Assembly (NCBI RefSeq): GCF_006345805.1
Contig: NC_043012.1
Span: forward strand, 8,866,001-8,930,000
DNA: 64,000 bases
Reading direction: 5' to 3'
Origin: Octopus sinensis
Taxonomy: Eukaryota
The notes under the pieces are model-generated. The model ran no database searches and was not told the origin of the DNA. It saw nothing but the letters and a program-made list of their open reading frames with translations. The position numbers were made by a program, and so were the translations under genes. Positions 11,411-24,084 of this stretch are shown piece after piece; the stretch's first letter is position 1; each line of letters starts with the position of its first letter.

Positions 11411-12892
11411 ACACAATGGATAATCCCATTATTGTTTGTAGAATTCTATGGTGGTGGTGGTGGTGGTGGTGGTGTGAGCTACTACAGCTACCACCAGACA
11501 CTGTTAGAATTGTTTGGAAAGTTCCTTTCTTCTTGCTTGGCTTCATCCTTGAGCTGTTTTCTCTCCTCCACTTCTGGGGTGTTGTTCTTGATTCCAATAC
11601 CATCTCTGCTGAAGCCAGATCCCTGATTGAGCTATTCCTGAAGGCTACAATCCTTGCTGGAACCAACTCCCTGATTGTGCTGTTCCAAGAGGTTGATTAT
11701 TCCTCTGGCTGGAAATAACTCTGTGATTGTGCTGTTCCGCGATTGTCTTAAAGTTGCCGGAGCTACTGTATGTTACCTGTATCTATGGCTTGGCTTGCAG
11801 GAATAATGCATCTGATGGTGGTGGACCTGTGACTCACTTAATTTGGTCCTTGCTAAACAGAATTCATTTCGTCCACAATTTCTTTCTCTATTGAGACAAA
11901 TTTCCCACAAAAAAAAAAAAAAAATAAATAAAAAAAAAAGGAAAAGGTAAAAAAAAAAGAAATGAAAATATATATACAAAAATTAAAGCATTGGATTAAA
12001 ATATATTGTTGCATGAAGTGTTGTGTTGCAACGATATCCACTTCAGTACAAGATTTCAGGTGAAATCTCTTGCCAAAAAATACAAGAAAAGGAATAGAAA
12101 TAAAACAAACAACACAAAACAACAAATCATTAAATGTTTTCTGGGACAATAGGGCTTTGTAGAAAGTTTTTCTGTTGATGTCAGAGATCCAAGAACTCAA
12201 CTACTGATTGTTGTGAAGTCATGGGGAAGTGACTGATAAAACTGCATGTTATCTTTGCAGTTTTGAAAACCTCCAGTTTATTGCAGTAAAATATCTAAAG
12301 TTGACAACCTTAGATATTTCATCCTTAACACGTCTGGTTTATTTATTATTATTTTTTTTTTGTTTTGTTAATCTTAATTTTATTATTGGAGAAACTCTTG
12401 TTGATGTTCAGTTTCAGTTTAATATTAACTTTGTTGTTAAATACTGTGTTTGTTATTATTTTTTTTTTTTTTATCAGTTACTGATTGCTTACATGTTTTA
12501 AATTTAAGAAGTATTTTAAACAGTTACTTATAATAAACAGCGAGTATTCTTAGGAGAAACAAAAAAAAAAAAGAAGAAAAATACAAAATGAATAAATAAA
12601 ACTATTGGTTTGATGGATTTACAAAGAAACGTGTTATTACATTGAATCCAATCTTTCATCATTTCAGTTTCCTTCATCTCTTACCTTACAACTTCCTTGA
12701 ACATCTATAAAGGTCTATGTTGAATGTTTTATTATTGTTGTTATTAGCAAGGACGACAAGTTGATAGACCTGGTAGAAGACAAGACTAAATGCCTTAACA
12801 AGTACTTCGTTCTTGAAGATCTAGGTAAATAACACTACAGATTTTATTTTGATTTCAAATCCTCCATAGTTGACGACGCTAGTACCAGTACT

Positions 12893-13280
12893 AGTGGAGG
12901 CGCAATGGCCCAGTGGTTAGGGCAGCGGACTCGCGGTCATAGGATCGCGGTTTCGATTCCCAGACCGGGCGTTGTGAGTGTTTATTGAGCGAAAACACCT
13001 AAAAGCTCCACGAGGCTCCGGCAGGAGGTGTTGGTGACCCCTGCTGTACTCTTTCACCACAACTTTCTCTCACTCTTACTTCCTGTTTCTGTTGTACCTG
13101 TATTTCAAAGGGCCGGCCTTGTCACTCTCTGTGTCACGCTGAATATCCCCGAGAACTACGTTAAGGGTGCACGTGTCTGTGGAGTGCTCAGCCACTTACA
13201 CGTTAATTTCATGAGCAGGCTGTTCCGTTGATTCGGATCAACCGGAACCCTCATCGTCGTAACCGACGGAGTGCTTCCAC
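12893..13280 (+). mobile_element. SINE family A, full length
   Basis: tRNA-like head with A/B boxes; 12-bp TSD AGTACCAGTACT at 12881-12892 and 13281-13292. Confidence 0.92.
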
Positions 13281-13665
13281 AGTACCAGTACTGGTGTTTA
13301 TTTAATTGTATCTGATCAGTTGTACATTTTAAGCATCCAATTAACTGTAATTAGTTTTCTTCCTCAATGTTCACCAATCAAATCTTAGCAGGATTGATAA
13401 GAACCATCAAGTTCCTATCAAGTGCTGAACTTGATTAAAAGACATCTTCCTGGATCCTGGGCCTTTGTTACATATTATCATTGTTATTATTATTGTTGTT
13501 GTTGTTATTGTTAAGACAGTGAGCTGGCAGAATTGTTAGAACATCAGAAGGATTGCTTCATGGCATTTCTTCAGGCTCTTTACATTCTGTTCTATATTTA
13601 AGAGATGAGGAATTATGTACATTATTTACATTCGATGGATATTTGTCCTAATCTTGTTTGTTGTT

Positions 13666-13711
13666 AACTCAACGTTTCGGCTGATATACTCTCCAGCCTT
13701 CATTGAGTGTC
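13666..13711 (-). ncRNA. minimal type I hammerhead ribozyme-like motif (degenerate copy)
   Basis: GACAC-TCAATGA-A-GGCTG..CAGCC-GAAAC-GTT-GAGTT; CUGAUGA core mutated. Confidence 0.45.
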
Positions 13712-13941
13712 TTGGGGAAATTTCGAACCTGGGTTCTCATTCCTAAGGTATTTTTCGATGTTGTTGTTACTATTATTATTATTATGCCCACGTGCATATG
13801 GCGTAGTGATTAAGAGCGTGGGCTACTAACCCCAAGATTCCAAGTTTGATTCCAGGCTGTGACCTGAATAATAATAATAATAATAATAATAACATCGAAA
13901 AATACCTTAGGAATGAGAACCCAGGTTCAAAATTTCCACAA

Positions 13942-13987
13942 GACACCTGATGAAGGCTGAAGGGTATATCAGCCAAAACTTTGTGTT
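13942..13987 (+). ncRNA. minimal type I hammerhead ribozyme-like motif (degenerate copy)
   Basis: GACAC-CTGATGA-A-GGCTG..CAGCC-AAAAC-TTT-GTGTT; GAAA and stem III mutated. Confidence 0.45.
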
Positions 13988-15701
13988 AACAACAAACAAG
14001 ATGAGGACAAATATCTGTCAAATGTAAATAATGTCTTTACATTCTGAATTCAAATGTCACCGAGGTCAACTTTGCCTTTCATCCTTTTGGGTTCGATAAA
14101 ACGAAGTACCTGACAAGTACTGGTGGTGGGGGTCAATGTAATTGACTTAATCCCTCCCCTCAAAAATTGCTGGCCTTGTTGTTGTTGTTGCTGCTGTTGT
14201 TTGGACATTGAGCTGGCAGAATCCTACCAAGGTTAACTTTCACTTTCCACCTTTGCACCTGTCAAAAGATACTAATGTTAAGACTAATTAAAGCAGCAAG
14301 CTGGTAGAACTCTTAGCATAGTTGGCAAAATGCTTAGTAGCATCTTGCCTGACTTTATGTTCTGGGTTCAAATTCCAGCCTTTCAGTTAAACACTAGGGT
14401 TGATGTAATCAACTTACACCCACCCCTAGAACTTCTGGCTTTGGACCAAAAATTGAAACTAATATTATTATTATTGTGGCAGAGGAGCTTTGGTACAGAG
14501 AGTAAGCAAGCTAACCTCAAATCCTCCCTACAGTGCCACTTGCTTAGTATTTGTGGGGTTTGTGTTCAAACCTTACTAGGTTTACCACCTTAACTTTTAA
14601 TCTGTCTTAGGATTAGTGAAATGTGTAAGTGGCTGGAGATGCTTCCATTAATTATACTGTCTAGCTTAATCACCATAGCAACTGGAGTCAGGTAAGAGAC
14701 TGTCACCAGCAGACTTACCAGATACCTTGTAGTGTTTAGTTTACATGGTTTATTGTATTGAATGTCGTCAGAGTTTGATAATACCTTTCTTAGCTTGGGA
14801 TGGGGGTGGAATGTTCATAAAATGAGTATCAGTAATCTACCGGGGGTGGAGTTACATTGGAACAACTATATTCACTTAAATGTGTTCCATACTTGATCAA
14901 AGAAATCCTAATTCATCCTTTTGGGGTCGATGATATAAGTACCAGTTTCAGGCCTTTTGTCTATAGCAGAAGTTATTATTATTATAACATACCATTCAAA
15001 AGCAAAAGAAGTTGTTCTTGTTGTTGTCTACTAGTACAAGTTGTGGTAGTAGTGAGTGTCACAGCGCAAGAAGTAGGTTGAGAGAAATGTGGTTTTCGAT
15101 ACAAATTGAAGCCACTGCATTTATGCCTTTAGGGATGGACATGAACATCACAACTCTCCATTTCCTCTCCTCACCAATGTAAGGCCTTAAGCTATATTAT
15201 TTACCAATATAATAGTAATGTCTGTGAGCTGTTGGTACCATGTAAAAGTTGTGGAGTGTTTGTGACATGTCCCTTAATTCCCTTCATATGTCTGTCTTTG
15301 GAAAAGGCTGAATTGTCACACAGTTTCCTGGTTCTCTCTAAAACTTGTAAGACATCAATATTTTGGATCCCTTTGTTAGTAATAAAACTCACAGAAATTA
15401 TTCTTCAACAAGTTTTTTTCTTTTTACATTTTTTTTTGTTCCCTACAAAATGTTAAACGTTTTAGAACAAACTTTCTTTCCCAGTAGAGTTATCTGCCCC
15501 TTTTCATGTTCGGTGATTTTACAATTAGTGAATTGATCAGGATTATAATTAATGGTTGCATCTACCTTGCTTCCTACATGTTATCATGCACATTACAACA
15601 TCCGTGTTTATTTATTTATTTATTTCCTAAGTAAGAAATGGGTTTTAGTTTGATAAAATGTTTTACCTTTTTTTAATATGACTCTGTGACATTTTTTTTC
15701 C

Positions 15702-15879
15702 AACCCTTAGCAAGTCAGATTATTTTGTCTAATGTAATGCTTATTTATTCAGTTTTGAATTACTCATTCATTATCTCTTTGCATCGAGATTATGCTGATG
15801 TACTTGTTTATTTTTAGTATGATATTGTAGGGTAGGTGTGAGAAGCTGAATATGGCCAGTTTAAATTCTAATGGGTTAA
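15702..15879. mobile_element. TTAA/CCC-ended (piggyBac-type) MITE family E
   Basis: AACCCTTAG...AATGGGTTAA ends; internal blocks shared with 35994, 40641, 41100 and 51934. Confidence 0.55.
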
Positions 15880-18800
15880 ACCTAAATAATTTGATATATG
15901 ACATCGTTGTATATGTATATGACAAAAGTTAGATATTTTCTAGATGTTCTATTTTGTGCGTTGTCACTGGTTATTGTTATATTTCTTATGTCACATCTCT
16001 AGATATTTCCTAGATAACATTACATTTCTTACTTCCAATTAGACATTGCCCTGATGACATGTCATATCTTGTTATGTCATGCCTCTGGATATCTCTTAGA
16101 TGACTGGTGTTATATTTTGATATGTTATCTTTTCCTTGACACGAAATTATATGATAAATTATCAAATAGAAATTAGAGGTGGTGCCACATGTTAAAATAT
16201 CTGATTGAGTAGTTCTGTGCGAGACATTTTAGTAAAGACACTGCTACAACCGTTATTATTTGCAGTTGTTTGTCCTCTTCAAGACTCAACCAGCTGGTGT
16301 TCAGTTGTGAGAGTGTATCTTGTTTGTTGTTGTTTGAAGCAATAAAGCATCACATCAACAGTCTTCCGTCCATTTTGCAGATCAGAACTTTCTGTTTCTT
16401 TATCAAGAATCGGTTGAGTGGGGACTTTGTAGTAAATGGATCTGCAGTGGAGGTAGGAGAGTGTCTCTCTGCTGTAAGAATCGGTTGAAAGGATAGGTGG
16501 CTCCAAACACATTGGCATTTAGGGTACCCTTATTGTATTGTTACCACTCAATCCCACCATTCCTCCTCCTCCTCCTCCTCAAAACAAAGCTGATGCAGAA
16601 CATTTGATATGACTGAAACACGTCTTAAAATCGTATGACTGATCCTAAATGACTGCATATCAGGTAGATCACCACCATTGCTCTTGGTAGGTAACAACCT
16701 CTGTTGATCTTGTTTCTCATCTCTGTTAATCTCCTTCCAGAGATTGCCATGGATACAATGCAAACTGTACCCAGACATCAATCTAGCAACACTGTTTTCT
16801 TTGGTTTTGTACACTGGCAGCTATTGTTTGTTTTATCAATTGACTGTAACTGGTAGGTCACTTGTCAATGGGGAAAAAGTAGGTAGATTCAGTGTTTAGT
16901 TTCGGTTTTCTAAATTGTATTTACTAATAAATCTGACATCTGTTTATCCTATCCACCTCAATTGGAATAATATATATATATATATACACACACATATATA
17001 CACACATACACAAAAGTTTAGTATTTTAAGTATAAGTAAACAAAATGTTATTGTTTAAAAAATTTGTAATGATAATTATTTCTTTCTAAAAGCAAACAAG
17101 AAGGCAATGATAGCTTTGTCAGGCTGCTAACAATCACTACAGGAACTAAGTTCAAAAAGGAAATTTTTTTTTTTTACATTTTTAAATTTTCACACAGGGC
17201 TGGATTTAAATAACAAAAAAAAAATTCTATATTCATTTAAGTTTATAAACAAATATACCTTTCAATTAAATTACTCTATAGTAATAATACTCAGATGGAA
17301 TGATTGCTGAAGTAAAATTTGGTCTTTTATGGAAACTACTAGGAGTGGTTATTATTATTATTATTATTATTATTAAAGATATGTTGAAAACTGTGTGTTT
17401 GTTGTGTTATTTACTCCAAAGTTCACCTCAAAATCTCTCAAACCAGATTCTTATCTGTTCAAAACTACATCATACCAGCTGTTCACTGTGGGCTCCTTCA
17501 ATATCGAGCTGGATAAAGCTACACCACAAATGCCAGTTTTTGTTTTTTCAAATTAATCTGAAAATAGCCAGCAACATTAAATATTCCCTAAACTTGTGGT
17601 TCCTCACTGCTTTTACATTAATTTTAAAACGTTAGATGGTAGGATGGATTTTGTTAAGGCAATTTCTTTTTTTGGGGATAACTAATTATTAAGCAGTAAT
17701 GGAACCTGCTGTTAGCTTGAGGCAATCAAAGTTATGTGGTTTTTCTTAGAAACACACCATTATTGCTTTAGAGTAAGTTTTGAATACCTGGCTAAGTGGT
17801 CAGCACATCCATTGATTTGTGCTCACTTTGTGTGTGTCCAGAAGCACATGAAGAGAGCACAACTGTTATGAAACTCCTAGTTACCCAGGGTCATGATCCT
17901 GGACAAGTCAGAAACTCACAAATAGCAGTTTGTCAGTTTTATTTAATTATTACTTGACATTAACAAAAGATATTTGTAAACAATAAGGTGTAAAAGGCAG
18001 TGTGGGACTGATAATTTGATAGTGTAAAGGAATATAAAATACTGGAAATTTAATTTGTAATTAATGAAACAGTGAAGTAATAATAATAATAATCTTGATC
18101 TCCTGCTGACTTGGAATGTGAAAAGAAGAGAAATGTTTGGTTTTAGATTACTTTTTCATTTAGTTATTTCTTTACAATTTCCAAATACATTCTTTTTGAA
18201 GTTGAAGATTTCTTAATTTTCTGTTTTTCTTTCTCAAAAATTATTCTGGATAACAGTTAGACATGCAAGTATTTTTGAGTTAAAAATTTAAAATAACAAT
18301 AAAATTACAGCTCAACTAAAATTAAAACTTTTTTGTTATTAAAATGTGATTGAATATTGATAGCTAAATGAAAAAATATATTTTTTAAATTTCCACGAAG
18401 AGAAAGGTCTGGACATTTTGAAGCTTTCTCACACTTTCACATTTTACTTGGAGATTATCAGGAGGAAAAAAAAAAACCTTGAATATTTTCTTATTGCAAG
18501 TTGAAATTTCAAATAAAAATATTCTTGTTCTACACTGGAAGCTGTAAATGTGAATTACTTGCAAAGTTGTCTCATTCATGAAATAATAAATCAATGCTAA
18601 GATTTCATTTGAAAATATATGAGTAGGATTATTAGAAATATCTGTGTTTTCTTTCAACAGTATATATATAATAAACTTATTGTATATATTGCTCAACTCA
18701 TCAGAAAAAGGAGCCAAAAATACATGAACAGTACACAAGGAATTAAAAAAAATAATAGAATTGCTTTGGAGTGGAACATCAGGTGTACTAGTAGTGAATT

Positions 18801-20189
18801 TCAGGAAGCATGGATGTTATGAAAGATGTAATGTCTTGACACCTAACAACTGATGCAAGTAGTTTACTCCATGCTTCAGTAATTCTAGGTGTGAGAAATG
18901 TTTCTGAAAGTGCTATGTTCATTTTTGGATTTTGTAAGCATATCCATGCATATTGGACAAATGGAATTAAAAAAAGGGGCCCAAGGTTGTTGTTGGAAAG
19001 ATGATATACAGGTGGTGGATGGATGAGTGAATTGGGTCAAATATACTGGAACTAACTATTAATTGGACTTAATTGAGAAGCATTTTTGTGGATGATAATG
19101 TGATATGGAGGAGTTTATCCATAGTACTACATGGAATGAAGAGAGAGCTCTTACTGTATAAAAGCATCTAATGGGTGTTTTTCACATGGAACTATAAGCT
19201 AACTGAAATATTTGCTAGTTTTACAGCAGTTCTGTTTCCTACATTGATGATACTGTAGCTTCCTACAGTACTGTTATATACTTTGATGGACTGAGCCACT
19301 GAGAGTTAGGTTCTCTAAATAACCATAATTTGGAATTGTTAGTTCAGTGAGGGGTACCACCAGATTCAACAGGTTTACTATAAAATGGGACATGAAATGG
19401 CAATTCTTGAGTCAAGTTTGATGTACCATTATATACCACTGTGCTTCTCCATGGATCACATCATAGAATCATTTATGGTAATATAAAATCTCTACAAAAA
19501 TCTGTTGGTTGTTGAAGTTTATGGATGTCACAGGAACTGTTGGAACACCATGAAAGACTTGATGGGATTAGGACAAATGTCAAATGCTGTAGATTCGTTT
19601 CTCATCAGGGAAGATTTAAAATGTCATCACTAGAAATTTAAAGCTGCCATAATGGTAAGGAGATTATAAACTAATGAGAAAGGCAGAGGAATTAATATCA
19701 AACAGAGGGGAAACAACTCTAGACATGTTTGTCTTATTAAACCTTATCAGCAAATCACAGTCTAACAGGTCTTAGAATAACTATAATAGATATGTTGTCA
19801 CCATAGTGCAAGCTCAAATCCCTACTGCATTCTAATTTTAATCCCTGGGTTCTCTGCTTTCTTTAAGGTTACTACAAGCAGGTGGGACATTTTCTGTGAA
19901 GCATAGAGCAATTTGTAAAATGCTATTTTAATGAAAAGCAGGCTCTAAACCACACAAGATTCAGAATAACTGATTGAGATGGTTACTATTCCTTAGAATT
20001 ACTGTTTCAATGTTATTGATTTCATATGAATCTAACAATGGGTGGAGGTCAGGATCAGAATGTCTCAGGTGAAACCTCCTCCTCTAGTTTATCAAGCTGA
20101 ATTCTACTCAATCGAGTCCTGAAATACACCACTATGTTACAATTAAGTTTGAAAATAATGAAGAATTTAGTACATAACTCATTAATAAT

Positions 20190-20572
20190 AGGAGCACTCC
20201 GTTGGTTACGACGATGAGGGTCCCAGCTGATACGATCAACGGAACAGCTTGCTCGTGGAATTAACGTGCAAGTGGCTGAGCATTCCACAGACACGTGTAC
20301 CCTTAACGTAGTTCTCGAGGAGATTCAGCGTGACACAGAAAGTGCCAAGGCTGGCCCTTTGACATACAGGTACAACAGAAACAGGAAGTAAGAGTGAGAG
20401 AAAGTTGTGGTGAAAGAGTACAGCAGGGTTCACCATCACCCCCTGCAGGAGCCTTGTGAAGCTTTAGGTGTTTTTGCTCAATAAACACTCACAATGCCCG
20501 GTCTGGGGATCGAAACCACGATCCTACGACCGCGAGTCCGCTGCCCAAACCACTGGGCCATTGCGCCTCCAC
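20190..20572 (-). mobile_element. SINE family A, full length
   Basis: Reverse complement of the 12893 copy; TSD TCATTAATAAT at 20179-20189 and 20573-20583. Confidence 0.92.
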
Positions 20573-20984
20573 TCATTAATAATGCTGGTGTTTGGAACAT
20601 AAATTAACATGGAATTTTGAAGGATGGTTATAATTTCAATAACATTAAAACAAGAAATTTATAGTTCAGAACCAAAAATGATTTCAGGTGGGTTGGCATC
20701 AGAATAGTTAATATTTATCAAAAACTGAACATAATTCTAGTTCAAGTCTTGAACCTAATCCCCAAGCAAATCATTGAGGAAAACGGCAGTTGGATTCAGA
20801 TGACTAAAAAATAAAAAAAAGTTTTTGCTAAAGGTCTGTAACTGGGTACCAAAAAGTATTTAAAACAATTTGGATATTAATAAAGACCTACAGAAATATT
20901 GGTTTCAAATTTTGGCAGAAAGCCAGCAAATTTTAGGGGAGGAGGAAGTTAATTACATTCATCCCAAGTACTCAACTAGTACTT

Positions 20985-21325
20985 ATAATAATAATGGTAG
21001 TAGTAGTAGTAGTAATAGTAGTAGTAATGATAATGATAATAAAAATAATAATAATAATAGTAGTAGTAGTGATAATGATAATAATAATAGTAGTAGTAGT
21101 AATAATGATAATAATGGTAGTAGTAGTAGTAGTAGTAATAATAATGATAATGATAATAAAAATAATAATGATAATAATAATAGTAGTAGTAGTAATAATG
21201 ATAATGATAATAATATAATAATGGTAGTAGTAGTAGTAGTAATAATAATGATAATGATAATAATAATAGTAGTAGTAGTAGTAATAATGATAATGATAAT
21301 GATAATAATAATGATAATAATAATA
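20985..21325. repeat. compound (AAT/AGT/GAT)n trinucleotide repeat
   Basis: Direct reading; explains the spurious poly-N/S and poly-I/V ORFs. Confidence 0.9.
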
Positions 21326-21986
21326 GTTGACCTTGGCAGAATTTGAATTCAGAATGTTAAGACGGATGAAATACTGCTACGCATTTTGCCTGGTTTGCTA
21401 ACAATTTTGTTGGTTCACCGCCTTAAGACCTACAGAAATATTAATTTTTTCCATATTTATAACAGAATTGTCAAGATTTTGTAGTAAAGATAACTAAAAG
21501 AGAACTTTTTTATTTCTAACCACCAATCATGAATATGTATCTCAGACTTGGAAATATTCCAGTGTTTCTGAAATAACTGATTAACCTTAGAATTTATACT
21601 AAAACATACACCATCACATAATATTTTGTAGAAATGGCCTGAACCCCTTGATATACTTACCCACTTTCTACCTCCTCACCCCACCAACTCAACACCTGTG
21701 CAATGTCTCATCTTTGACATATAAAGACACTATTTTACCTACAGGAAATTTGTAGATTTAAAATAAAATACAATTTTCAAAAATAGTCATTGATGGAAGC
21801 TGGCAAGCAGCAGGAAGATTTGGGCAGTGAGAAGTTATTTAAAACCAGATCAGCCTTGACAAAGCAAACTTAAAATTGCATTCCAACAATGATTGAACTT
21901 GCCACATTTTTTTCGAGCAGTGTATCTAGGGCCACATTTTGAAACCATATTTAAGATGGTAGGCAGCAATTTGACTGCAATTTCAC

Positions 21987-22185
21987 CTGACTGGCCCTCG
22001 TACTGGTGGCACGTAAAAGCACCCACAACACTCTCGGAGTGGTTGGTGTTAGGAAGGGCATCCAGCTGTAGAAACTATGCCAGATCAGATTGGAGCCTGG
22101 TGCAGCCATCTGGTTCACCAGGCCTTAGTCAAATCGTCCAACCCATGCTAGCATGGAAAGTGGACGTTAAACGATGATGATGATG
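21987..22185 (+). mobile_element. family D (RTE 3' end)
   Basis: GTGGCACGTAAAAGCACCC..GGAAGGGCATCCAGC..GGAAAGTGGACGTTAAACGATGATGATG. Confidence 0.85.
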
Positions 22186-22364
22186 TACAAGCTTCTTCAT
22201 TAGCTCTTGGGGCAACACTTATAGAGGATGGAAATTCTGGTGAGATTTGATTGGTCAAAATCAGTAACATTTTGCTATATTCACCAATGTTACTGAAGGG
22301 GAAAAAAAGCAAACAAAAAAAAAATCATTTGTTCAGCAACAAAACCTTGGAAGTAAAAATTGTT

Positions 22365-22370
22365 TTTATT
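22365..22370 (-). terminator. candidate UAP1 polyadenylation signal AATAAA
   Basis: TTTATT on +, ~280 nt past the stop; other sites are possible. Confidence 0.35.
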
Positions 22371-22651
22371 TAAAAAAATATACACGACTTGACAGTCATT
22401 TATATTGAAGGAAAAACAAAAAACCAAACCAAACATTTATAGAAAAGGAAAACCCCTGAAATAATTCAGATAAGCAACAGTTATACAAGAATAAATAAAA
22501 TATATATAAGCAGTCTGTTCATTTCAGTTTAGTTTCTTAATATATTGTTCCCAATTTATGACCATTATAGTTGTTACCAATGGATAACAAAAATAATTCT
22601 GTGAGGAATGACCAAGAAGAATTGAAGAAAAGTGAAATTTAGTTGTACAAA

Positions 22652-22729
22652 TTAAATTCCATTCATAGAATCCTCTGTCAAAGTGACAGGTACAGCAAAT
22701 GTTTTGTTTCTGACGAGCTTTTCCAAACC
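22652..22729 (-). CDS. UAP1: UAP1 coding exon 9 (last)
   Basis: ttttaattacag acceptor; GLEKLVRNKTFAVPVTLTEDSMNGI*; phase 0, matching exon 8. Confidence 0.85.
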   Translation of the reverse strand, partial: GLEKLVRNKTFAVPVTLTEDSMNGI

Positions 22730-22861
22730 CTGTAATTAAAAGGAGACATGTCTTAAAAAGGAAATACAAATAGAACAACAACAACAGCAGCAACAACAAC
22801 CAGACAAATACATAACCACAACATCAGGACTTACAAGTGTATATTGTTTGTTCCTTCTCAA

Positions 22862-23140
22862 GCTATGCTTGGCTCATAAGGGCCAGTTTCCCAGTTTCCT
22901 TGGCATATAGGTTCCCCACCTGGACAGGACGCTGGTCCGTCGCAGGTGAGCTTACAAGATACAGGAGGAAAGAGTGAGAGAAAGTTGTGGCGAAAGATTC
23001 AGCAGAAGTTCGCCATTACCTTCTGCCGGAGCCGCGCGGAGCTTTAGGTGTTTCGCTCATAAACACACACATCGTCCGGTCTGAGATTCGAACCCTTGAT
23101 CCCTCGACCGCAAGTCTAACCACTAGGCCATGTACCTCCA
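22862..23140 (-). mobile_element. SINE family A2 (A-like head, different 3' body)
   Basis: Head matches family A; body CTCACCTGCGACGGAC..GTCCAGGTGGGGAACC; second copy at 44428-44675. Confidence 0.75.
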
Positions 23141-23624
23141 CACAAGTGTATATAACATACAAAAAAATAGCAGTACTAAGTACTGCACATATCCTATGTA
23201 AAGCCCTTTCAATACAGTGAAAATAAGAGCACTACAATAAACCACAGCACATACCCAAGGCATACAGAGCTGTGCTCAGTAGTGCAGTAAAAGTATGTGA
23301 TAAAAATAAGGCTACTGAATGATAATAACAATAATCCTTTCTACTATTGGTAGATAAACCCGAAACTTTTTGGGGAGGGGGTTGGTCAATTATATCGACC
23401 CCTTTACTCAACTGGTATGTATTTCATCAACCCTGAAAGGTTGAAAAGCAAAAATTAACTTCAGCAGAACCTAGACATCAGAACATAACAGATGAAATGC
23501 TGCAAAGGATTTTGTCTGGCATGTTAATAATGACAATGATTTCAATTTTTGGCACAAGGTCAGCAATCTCAGGGAGGGGGTAAGTCAATTACATTGACCC
23601 CAGTGCTCATCCTCCTCCTCCTCC

Positions 23625-24075
23625 TCATCATCATCATCGTTTAACATCCGCTTTCCATGCTGGCATGGGTTGGACGATTTGACTGATGACTGGCGAACCA
23701 GATGGCTGCACTAGGTTCCAGCTTGATCTGGCAGAGTTTCTACAGCTGGATGCCCTTCCTAACGCCAACCACTCCAAGAGTGTAGTGAGTGCTTTTACGT
23801 GCCACCGGCACGAGGGCCAGTCAGGCGGTACTGGCAACAGCCATGCTCAAATGGTGTTTCTTATGTGCCACTTGCACAAGAGCCAGTCCAATGGCACTGG
23901 CAACGACCTCGCTTGAATGCTTGTTCATATGCTAGTTAGGTGATGCTGGTATCGATCACGCTTGAATGGTGTTTTTTACGTGCCACTGGCACAGGAGCCA
24001 GTTTGCTGCTCTGGCAATGATCACGGATGCAAGTCATTGAATTTGATTTCGATTTTGATTTCACTTGCCTTAACA
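23625..24075 (-). mobile_element. family D (RTE 3' end with tandem 3'UTR units)
   Basis: (CAT)n tail; repeated TTTTACGTGCCAC modules. Confidence 0.85.
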
Positions 24076-24084
24076 GGTCTTCGA

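Larger units (their letters stand above)
6191..12610 (+). other. putative long 3'UTR of the Pur gene
   Basis: U/A-tract-rich; only one decayed SINE C and no SINE A/B or family D copy; AATAAA words at ~9716-9731 and ~12591-12600; true end unknown. Confidence 0.4.
13590..14033 (+). mobile_element. composite non-autonomous element: inverted arm + tRNA-like head + (AAT)n + arm with hammerhead-like motif
   Basis: 13590-13785 is the reverse complement of 13867-14034 plus ~30 extra nt; A-box TGGCGTAGTGA 13799-13809; B-box GTTTGATTCC 13844-13853; 13-bp TSD. Confidence 0.8.
13511..14180 (+). mobile_element. SINE family C interrupted by the 13590-14033 insertion
   Basis: Head AAGACAGTGAGCTGGCAGAA at 13511; body resumes at 14034 with the 13-bp duplication TCTTTACATTCTG. 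Confidence 0.8.

Noticed and set aside
12893-12970. tRNA-like sequences at SINE heads
   Set aside because: A/B boxes only; no complete cloverleaf, and they continue into SINE bodies with TSDs
15930-16105. Three loose TAGATATTT..TAGAT repeats
   Set aside because: Low-complexity AT-rich similarity with irregular spacing
18780-19700. Possible ancient LINE RT (YIDDTV at ~19240)
   Set aside because: A single short motif without a sustained frame; cannot be supported without a search
20870-21346. 158-aa and 74-aa ORFs rich in N/S or I/V
   Set aside because: Translations of a trinucleotide microsatellite
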